Of a stretch of 64,000 nucleotides of DNA, positions 36,301 through 45,220 are shown piece after piece. The position numbers and the translations under genes were made by a program. The stretch lies in contig OZ076421.1 of NCBI GenBank assembly GCA_964187785.1, positions 21,080,001-21,144,000 of the forward strand, read 5' to 3'. This DNA is from Amphiscolops sp. MND2022 (lineage: Eukaryota). The notes beneath the pieces were generated by a model that worked only from the letters and a program-made list of their open reading frames with translations, was not told where the DNA came from and did not search any database. How positions within the stretch are numbered: position 1 is the first letter of the stretch; each line of letters begins with the position of its first letter.

Positions 36301-39300
36301 AGATGAAGTGCTGCTTGTAGTTGATGAGGTGGTGCTGCTAGTTGTAGGTGAGGATGTGGATGATGTTGTGCTGCTAGTTGTCGGCGATGAAGTGCTGCTG
36401 GTGGTCGAAGAAGTTGTCGGTGAAGATGTACTGCTTGTTGTCGATGAAGTTGTACTGCTCGTAGTTGGGTGAGATGTGGTGGAAGAAGTCGGGTGACTAG
36501 TTGTTGAGCTAGTTGTGGAAGATGTTGTTGGTGAAGAAGTACTGCTTGTTGTCGATGATGTGGTACTGCTGGTTGTTGACGACGTGGTACTGCTTGTTGT
36601 CGATGATGTGGTACTGCTTGTGGTTGGTGAAGACGTACTACTTGTTGTCGAACTAGTGGTAGAGGAAGTTGTAGGTGAAGAAGTACTACTGGTCGTAGAT
36701 GATGTTGTACTGCTCGTTGTGGGTGAACTAGTGCTGCTTGTGGTTGATGACGTGGTGCTGCTTGTCGTGGGTGACGATGTTGATGAAGTTGTGCTGCTGG
36801 TTGTTGGAGAAGATGTGCTGCTAGTTGTTGAGCTAGTTGTTAACGAGGTTGTGGACGAAGTTGTGCTGCTTGTTGTGGGAGATGAAGTGCTACTTGTAGT
36901 AGATGACGTGGTGCTGCTTGTCGTTGGTGAGGATGTTGATGAAGTTGTACTACTCGTTGTCGGCGACGAAGTGCTGCTTGTTGTTGAGCTTGTCGTTGAA
37001 GAAGTTGTTGAAGAAGTTGTGCTACTTGTTGTAGGCGATGAAGTGCTGCTAGTGGTCGAAGAAGTTGTTGGTGATGATGTACTGCTTGTTGTCGATGAAG
37101 TTGTGCTGCTGGTAGTAGGGTGAGATGTGGTGGAAGAAGTCGGATGACTAGTTGTTGAGCTAGTTGTGGAAGATGTTGTTGGTGAAAAAGTACTGCTTGT
37201 TGTCGATGAGGTGGTACTGCTCGTTGTCGACGATGTGGTACTGCTCGTTGTCGAGGACGTGGTACTGCTGGTGGTTGGTGAAGACGTGCTACTTGTTGTC
37301 GAACTAGTGGTAGAGGAAGTTGTAGGTGAAGAAGTACTACTTGTGGTAGATGATGTTGTACTGCTCGTTGTGGGTGAACTAGTGCTGCTTGTCGTAGGTG
37401 ACGATGTTGATGAAGTTGTGCTGCTGGTTGTTGGAGAAGATGTGCTGCTAGTTGTTGAGCTAGTTGTTGACGAGGTTGTGGATGAAGTTGTGCTACTTGT
37501 TGTCGGCGATGAAGTACTGCTTGTTGTTGAGCTTGTCGTTGAAGAAGTTGTGCTGCTCGTAGTGGGCGATGAAGTGCTGCTAGTGGTTGAAGAAGTTGTG
37601 GGTGAAGATGTACTACTTGTTGTAGACGAAGTTGTGCTGCTTGTCGTTGGTGATGACGTGCTGCTTGTAGTAGATGACGTGGTGCTGCTAGTTGTGGGTG
37701 AGGATGTGGATGAAGTTGTGCTACTCGTTGTCGGCGACGAAGTGCTGCTTGTTGTTGAGCTTGTCGTTGAAGAAGTCGTGCTGCTTGTTGTGGGCGATGA
37801 AGTGCTGCTAGTGGTTGAAGACGTTGTAGGTGATGACGTACTGCTTGTTGTAGACGACGTTGTGCTGCTCGTAGTAGGGTGAGATGTGGTGGAAGACGTC
37901 GGGTGACTAGTTGTTGAGCTAGTTGTGGAAGATGTTGTTGGCGAAGAAGTACTGCTTGTTGTCGATGAGGTGGTACTGCTCGTTGTCGACGATGTGGTAC
38001 TGCTCGTTGTCGAGGACGTGGTACTGCTTGTGGTGGGTGAGGAAGTGCTACTTGTTGTCGAACTAGTAGTAGAGGACGTTGTAGGTGAAGAGGTACTGCT
38101 CGTCGTAGATGATGTTGTACTGCTCGTTGTGGGTGAGCTAGTGCTGCTTGTTGTTGATGAGGTGGTGCTGCTTGTCGTTGGAGAAGATGTGCTGCTAGTT
38201 GTTGACGAGGTTGTGGATGAAGTTGTGCTACTTGTTGTGGGAGATGAAGTGCTACTTGTAGTGGATGACGTGGTGCTGCTTGTCGTTGGTGATGATGTGG
38301 ATGAAGTTGTGCTACTTGTTGTTGGCGACGAAGTGCTGCTTGTTGTTGAGCTGGTAGTTGAAGAAGTAGTTGAAGAAGTTGTGCTGCTCGTAGTGGGCGA
38401 TGAAGTGCTGCTAGTGGTTGAAGAAGTTGTGGGTGAAGATGTACTACTTGTTGTAGACGAAGTTGTGCTGCTTGTCGTTGGTGATGACGTGCTGCTTGTA
38501 GTAGATGACGTGGTGCTGCTAGTTGTGGGTGAGGATGTGGATGAAGTTGTGCTACTCGTTGTCGGCGACGAAGTGCTGCTTGTTGTTGAGCTTGTCGTTG
38601 AAGAAGTTGTGCTGCTTGTTGTTGGTGATGAAGTGCTACTAGTGGTCGAAGAAGTAGTCGGTGATGAAGTACTGCTTGTCGTGGATGATGTTGTGCTGCT
38701 CGTAGTCGGGTGAGATGTGGTGGAAGACGTCGGGTGACTAGTTGTTGAGCTAGTTGTGGGGGACGTTGTTGGCGAAGACGTACTGCTTGTTGTCGATGAT
38801 GTGGTACTGCTTGTTGTTGATGATGTGGTACTGCTTGATGTCGATGACGTGGTACTGCTTGTGGTGGGTGAGGAAGTGCTACTTGTTGTCGAACTAGTAG
38901 TAGAGGACGTTGTAGGTGAAGAGGTACTGCTGGTCGTAGATGATGTTGTACTGCTCGTTGTGGGTGAGCTAGTGCTGCTTGTTGTTGATGACGTGGTGCT
39001 GCTTGTCGTTGGAGAAGATGTGCTGCTAGTTGTTGACGAAGTTGTTGATGATGTTGTGCTACTAGTTGTGGGAGATGAAGTGCTACTTGTAGAAGAGGAC
39101 GTGGTGCTGCTGGTCGTTGGCGAGGATGTGGATGAAGTTGTGCTACTCGTTGTCGGCGACGAAGTGCTGCTTGTGGTTGAAGAAGTTGTGCTGCTTGTTG
39201 TTGGTGATGAAGTGCTACTAGTGGTCGAAGAAGTAGTCGGTGATGATGTACTGCTTGTTGTGGATGAGGTTGTGCTGCTCGTTGTCGGATGAGATGTTGT

Positions 39301-40639
39301 GGAAGACGTCGGGTGACTAGTTGTTGAGCTAGTTGTGGAGGACGTTGTTGGCGAAGAAGTACTGCTCGTTGTCGATGATGTGGTACTGCTTGTTGTCGAT
39401 GACGTGGTACTGCTTGTTGTCGACGATGTGGTACTGCTTGTGGTTGGTGAAGACGTAATACTCGTTGTGGAACTAGTAGTAGAGGATGTTGTAGGTGAAG
39501 ATGTACTGCTGGTAGTAGATGATGTCGTACTGCTTGTTGTGGGTGAGCTAGTGCTACTTGTTGTGGATGAAGTTGTGCTACTCGTTGTTGGGGATGAGGT
39601 GCTGCTAGTAGTGGAGGATGTCGTGGGTGAAGATGTACTGCTAGTTGTAGACGAAGTTGTGCTGCTTGTAGTTGGGTGAGATGTGGTGGAAGAAGTCGGG
39701 TGACTAGTTGTTGAGCTAGTTGTGGAAGATGTTGTTGGTGAAGAAGTACTGCTGGTTGTTGATGATGTGGTACTGCTTGTTGTTGATGATGTGGTACTGC
39801 TTGTTGTTGATGAAGTTGTGCTGCTGGTAGTTGAAGAAGTTGTACTGCTCGTGGTAGATGATGTGGTACTGCTTGTCGTTGGGGAGGAAGTGCTGCTTGT
39901 TGTTGATGACGTCGTGCTACTTGTAGTCGGCGAAGATGTACTGCTGGTTGTTGATGAAGTAGTGCTACTGGTGGTGGGTGATGAAGTACTGCTCGTAGTG
40001 GGCGATGAAGTACTGCTGGTAGTTGATGAAGTAGTGCTACTGGTGGTGTGTGATGAAGTACTGCTCGTAGTGGGCGATGAAGTGCTGCTTGTGGTTGATG
40101 AAGTGGTAGGGCTTGTGGGGTGCGATGTTGTTGATGAAGTTGGGTGACTGGTTGTCGAACTTGTGGTAGAAGATGTTGTTGGGGAACTTGTGCTACTGGT
40201 TGTGCTACTTGTAGTGGGAGAAGAGGTGCTGCTAGTTGTGGACGAAGTAGTGCTGCTTGTTGTTGACGATGTGGTACTGCTTGTTGTGGGTGATGAAGTC
40301 GAAGAAGTTGTACTACTTGTCGTTGGAGAAGATGTACTGCTCGTTGTCGAGCTTGTTGTTGAAGATGTTGTGGATGAAGTCGTGCTACTTGTTGTCGGAG
40401 ATGAAGTGCTGCTAGTAGTTGAGGATGTGGTTGGTGATGATGTACTGCTAGTTGTTGATGAAGTAGTACTACTCGTAGTGGATGAAGTTGTGCTGCTTGT
40501 AGTCGGTGAGCTGGTGCTACTTGTCGTGGAGGATGTTGTGCTACTTGTTGTGGGTGACGACGTCGATGAAGTTGTACTACTTGTTGTCGGACTCGAGGTG
40601 GATGATGTTGTTGGCGACGAGGTGCTGCTAGTTGTTGAA
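33345..40639 (-). CDS. Giant Thr/Ser/Pro (PTS) mucin exon, about 2431 codons (not in ORF track)
   Basis: Acceptor TTTTTTTCAG at 40640. The frame STTSSTSSPTTSS... is stop-free to ...TTRTTTKKYCQSWNDTYNRE with a phase-1 GTTCGT donor at 33344, which matches the phase-1 TSP1 exon. The 7295 bp keep frame. The exact donor is inferred. Confidence 0.9.
33400..40639. repeat. Coding hierarchical tandem repeat (12/21/27-bp motifs in about 10 higher-order units)
   Basis: TTSS, TTSSTSS and PTTSSTTSS motifs. Units are delimited by a paired SHPT marker at spacings of 867, 855, 1011, 651, 759, 831, 579, 387 and 441 bp. Confidence 0.92.
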
Positions 40640-41012
40640 CTGAAAAAAATGGTAGTAATACGTGATCATACCTCCCGTCTATTAATTGTGGTTTTTTGAG
40701 AGTTTTTCTCCCGTATAATAAATGATCCACTTTTTTAACATTTTCATATTTGCTTCTTAGCTCTTCGACCGAAGTTAACAAAAAGTCAAAGTAAGGCTTT
40801 TGTGGGTAGATTATGGAGCGATGTCTTTCGTTGCAAGAAATGGGCGTTGAATGGATTAAATTTTCAGTGGACATAGCATCATTGCCTATCAATGCCAAAA
40901 ACAGTTTCACTGCTGCCATTAATGTCCGGGAACAAGATGAAAACGTGTGGTCTGTCCTCAAAAAGTTTACGTTCAAAAAAAACTCATTTTTCTTCCTTCG
41001 TGGACGTCTTCC

Positions 41013-41021
41013 AGAGAGACG

Positions 41022-41078
<57 letters not shown>

Positions 41079-41086
41079 AGAGAGAT
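41013..41086. repeat. (GA)n microsatellite
   Basis: About 35 AG dinucleotides with a few interruptions. Confidence 0.98.
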
Positions 41087-41228
41087 AGGGTCTCAGTGTT
41101 AACTTCCTTCTCTGCTCAAAATTACAAGGTATGTAATATTATCGTGCCTTACTGTGGGACTTTCTGAATTGGTCAGCAATGAATCATGACACCAGACAAA
41201 ACTCCATGATAACTCAGACAAAAATTTA

Positions 41229-41929
41229 AAAAAGCCGGGGCCGACCCAAATCGGCGCCCCGCTCAAGTTTCTTGAATATGCAAACGACATTGTAATTGAA
41301 CTTTTAACACAGTGCCGAAAAATACCCCAAAGAATACGCATAAGACTCGAAAAGAACATTTTCCCAACTGGAACAGAAAATCCATTTTCGGAAAAAGAAT
41401 CAGAAAAATTTTAAAGTGCCGAAAAAGGAACTTTCAGCTCAAAAAACTACCTTTTCTCAAGCCGAAATCCGTTTTGAAAGCGGAAGGATACGCTTTGACC
41501 AAATGAAAGTTTCGAAAAAAAAACGTACAGAGCCAAAAAAGCTATAACAAAGTATGATAAAGTATTGAGAATAAAACAGCTGTTCGGTTAAGTTGAAAAA
41601 AAGGTCTGACAATACCGAAAAAAAAATACAAAGGGGGCAAAAAAGTTTGTATCATTTCTAAATGTCCTAAAAATCAAAAGGGGACCCTTTTGTATCATCA
41701 AAAAATCCTCCAAGAAGCGTTATATCTGGTATTCCGTTATATCCGGTTTGCGTTGAATCCGGTATGGGTTGTGTTATTGTCGAAGGGGGCTTCTTTTCAG
41801 CTCAAATGTAGTATGTAGATGACCAAAAAGTACTTAGCCAAAGTTGAAGTAGAACATTTTGAAGAACTATTTTGGACAGTTCAGGTGTATCGAAAAAAAA
41901 CTGACTTCAAGAAAAGTGCCGACTAAAAA
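41229..41929 (-). mobile_element. HINE-like element copy (composite)
   Basis: AAAAGCCGGGGCCGACCCAAATCGGCGCC at one end and AAAAGTGCCGACTAAAAA at the other, with an internal CGTTATATCCGG mini-array. Confidence 0.55.
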
Positions 41930-42584
41930 TGGAAAGATATGCACGAAATACCCGCTTCCTTTAACTGCGTCTTGATCAGCGTGATTTTCATGATGCAGCC
42001 CTTCACGCCAACAACAACGCTATCACATCCAGTACCGCAATATTTCATGTTGTCTCTTCATCGAAATTTCAAAAAACGAAAAATATTTTTAGTAGTACAA
42101 ACAGTAACAAAATAAATTTCCACGTTTTTACACGTTCTACGAAACTACAAGAGAACAAAGTGTTCCTTTGGTTTTTTTCGGCACCAAGAGAAATTAAAAT
42201 AGTTTTTGACAATTAAAAAAAAAACCTTCTGAGCCCAAAAGATATTTTAGCGTTGTGAGATTTTGAGGAATTTTCTTTAAAAACAGCCTTCTAGCATATT
42301 TGAGAGTTGGCAAATTTTGAGCCTTGAGCGGGGTGCTTCGTCAACTTCGTGTACAACACGCCTCCTTTAAAAACGAAAGCTTTATTTCATCATCTTTTGA
42401 CGTAAATATTTTACTTTTTATCAAAACCATTTCAAAAATGACAAACTCTGGCTGCATGCAATTTCTATGCAGACTGGAAGCAATTGCTTTTAAAATAAAT
42501 TGTCTACCATTATCTGTTTGTGAAACATCATCCGTTTTCGATGCTCCTGCATTCGTTCTTGCGTAATTACGCATCATGGTGTCC

Positions 42585-44111
42585 GGTCAAAATACCACTA
42601 GTTAAAATACCAGAGGTCGAAAGACCATAGGTTATAAAACCATAGAGTAAAATAACCAGACGGTCAAATTACTAGACCGTCCAAATACCAGAGGATTAGG
42701 AAACCAAATAATGTATCACGTGAAGTATGATTAATATTTTTAGTCGGCGCATTTTAATAGAAAATGTGCCCGACTCTTACAGTGGGTAGTTTTTTTACTT
42801 GCGTAAGGCCCACTTTTTTGTTCATTTGTTCAACTTGACAAAAACATACCACAAACCTTAGAACCTCATCCAAAATTATAAAACCGACGTCCAGAACCTT
42901 GAAAACACTTAAGGATCCCCACTTTGGCTATCTGGGAGTTTTTAACTTGGATTTTTTTCGGCACTAAGAGACTTTTTTCGAATATTTTTTGATTGTACAA
43001 AAGGGTCCCCTCTTCAATTTTTTTTGATATTTTGGAACATAATAGATGTTTGAAAATCCCAAAGCGTCCCCCCCTTTCCAATTTTTCGGCATGATGAGAC
43101 TGTTCCAAATTGTCATTTTTCATCTGATATTAGGTTTTCTCAATACATATCCACCAATATTTTTTTCAATACTATCCGAAATTTGAACGTAATATCCGGA
43201 GTAAAGCGCTATGTCCGAATTTTTGACGTTGTTTCCGAAGTATATTCCGTTTCACTGAGGAGGAGGCGGAGGTTCAAAAACAAGTGCTCGCATTTATCCC
43301 AGCCGCTATATCCGAACGCGTTTTCCCAGCACGGAAGGCTTCCTTTGGGTGAAACTTTTTTGTGAATTTTTTGTTTAAAAAACGTCATGAGCATATTTTG
43401 AAAATTTTGTACTTTTTGAGCCTTAGATATAGCGCCGACTTTGGCCGTTTTCGGCTTGTTTTCTAATACCGTAAATAAAAGACTCATTTAGAGCTAGATT
43501 GTTCACTTCTAACTATTTAATTAGTGCAACTATTGTCTACGACTCGATAAACACAACCTATTAAATGGTCCATATCTTCACATGTCATTAACTAGTTTAT
43601 TGCAATACTTTCGACTCTGAAAGCACAGAAATCATTTTAGAGCTAAAATCAGTGCTCTCGATTAATATTTGGAATCAGCACAAAGCCGCTATTGACGGAC
43701 TGGATCGGACAAACAACGCAGTTTGTAATCTTCTGGAAGGTCATTGTTCAAACTTGTTTTTTAAGTTCTATTTTAGGTCATTGTTTACACTTGTTTTTTG
43801 TTGATTAGTGCGTAAAAGGGCGCTTTCGAACAACAGTCTAATTGACATAACTAATGCAACTGGTACTTTTGTTTCAAAAGCGGCAACCTTCAAAAAAAGT
43901 TTTCAAGCAAAGCTAATTGAAGTCAAAACGCGTATTCGAACATCGCCCTCAAATAATTTTCAAATCTGAATAATATCACGCAATTGTTCGATTCTAACTG
44001 GTATTTTGACCGTCTGGTAATTTGACCGTCTGGTAATTTCACTATGTGGTTTTATGACCTCTGGTCTTTCGACCTCTGGTACTTTGTCCTCTGGTATTAA
44101 GACTTGTAACC
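42585..44111. repeat. Inverted pair of internally repetitive ~100-bp arms (foldback/MITE-like)
   Basis: 42607-42691 (TACCAGAGGTCGAAAGACCA..ACCAGACGGTCAAATTAC) is the reverse complement of 43998-44082. No exact TSD seen. Confidence 0.7.
42737..43460 (+). mobile_element. HINE-like element copy
   Basis: TTTTTAGTCGGCGCATTTT..GTGCCCGACT at the 5' end and GCGCCGACTTTGGCCGTTTTCGGCTTGTT at the 3' end. Confidence 0.65.
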
Positions 44112-44232
44112 TTCATCACGACCTATAATTTATCTCTAATCAATCTTGGAAATTTTTAGTGACATTTTTTTAGTTTTCAACAGACACCATTTTATTCATT
44201 CCTTTAAGTGACCTTTCTGCATGTTTGAAAAC

Positions 44233-44378
44233 AACTTTTTTGTACAGGAGCTATCTGTATACTGTTTGGACAAACACTATTTTTTGTCAAAACAGTATGC
44301 AGATATATCTGCATACTGTTTTGACAAAAAATAGTGTTTGTCCAAACAGTATGCAGATAGATCCTGTACAAAAAAGTT
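44233..44378. repeat. Spacerless palindrome, 73-bp arms, 2 mismatches
   Basis: Centre CAGATA|TATCTG at 44305/44306. Confidence 0.97.
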
Positions 44379-44533
44379 TTAGTTTGAAACTATCTATAGG
44401 TTTAATTTAAACCAAAATTTCTATTGTTGTACGAAAACAACTTTTACAGGGGCTATAGCCCCTGTAAAAGTTGTTTTCGTACAACAATAGAAATTTTGGT
44501 TTAAATTAAACCTATAGATAGTTTCAAACTAAA
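44378..44533. repeat. Perfect spacerless palindrome, 78-bp arms
   Basis: Centre GGGCTA|TAGCCC at 44455/44456. The arms were checked base by base. Confidence 0.98.
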
Positions 44534-45167
44534 TTCTAGGGAATTTTAACACGTCGTTGAAATCCCCTATAAATTTGTTTCGAACTATTTTTAGAATTAA
44601 TATGAACCAAAATTTCCATTGATTGTTCCCAAGACGTAATTCATCTTTGGACAGTTGTTCACATGAATTCAACCAACTTATTTTTCCATTTTTTTTACGT
44701 TTAGCGAGAAGGTTTACAATTTTCCTCGTTTACACTTTGCGTTGACCGAGATCAAAATAGTGGGATACCAAAAAATTGAAAATACTCATCTTGAAGTTAT
44801 ACCAAAATGATATAAAATAATTTAATTCCAAAACTAACCTGGTTGTATGACTTGTTGTGCTCGATGCTAAAACAGTTCAAAATGTGAGGAGGAGTAATTT
44901 GTATCTCTTATTCATATATGAATACGAAGAAACCTCTTCCAACAAAAATGAAAAGGACAATTTTGGTGAAACGTAGCAGAAACTGAGAAACCCAAAATCA
45001 GTGGAAATTCTGCATCTACTCACTGGTTGCTGCAACGAAACAGGTTTTAGAGATGTTGAAATATTTCCATTAAAATTGGAAAATATTTTTTGTTAACTCT
45101 CTTGACATATAAAGTCTATAATACTGTATGTAATATGTAGTATTAGATGATTTATTAAATAATAAAG

Positions 45168-45220
45168 CTAAGCGCTAAGGCATCCATCGTTGTCTTCAAA
45201 TTTGCTGTCGCTGCAAGGTT
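45168..45220 (-). CDS. Candidate terminal coding exon of an unidentified gene
   Basis: TTTTAATTTCAG acceptor, phase-1 frame PCSDSKFEDNDGCLSA*, and AATAAA 12 nt after the stop (45151-45156). No upstream exon confirmed. Confidence 0.35.

Noticed and set aside
36840-40639. 1378-aa Gln/Leu/Ala/His-rich minus-strand ORF
   Set aside because: It is an alternative frame of the mucin repeat. It ends at a stop mid-array, and the variable positions are non-synonymous in this frame.
33386-40699. Eleven plus-strand Val/Leu/Asp/Glu ORFs
   Set aside because: They are antisense shadows of the Thr/Ser mucin frame, broken by TGA at every His codon, with no splice context.
40813-41167. ORFs ending in RERERE
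   Set aside because: They are translations of the (GA)n microsatellite.
42341-42577. 78-aa ORF with SQTDNGRQF, resembling an integrase DNG motif
   Set aside because: No other DDE-core motifs are present nearby. One short motif is insufficient.
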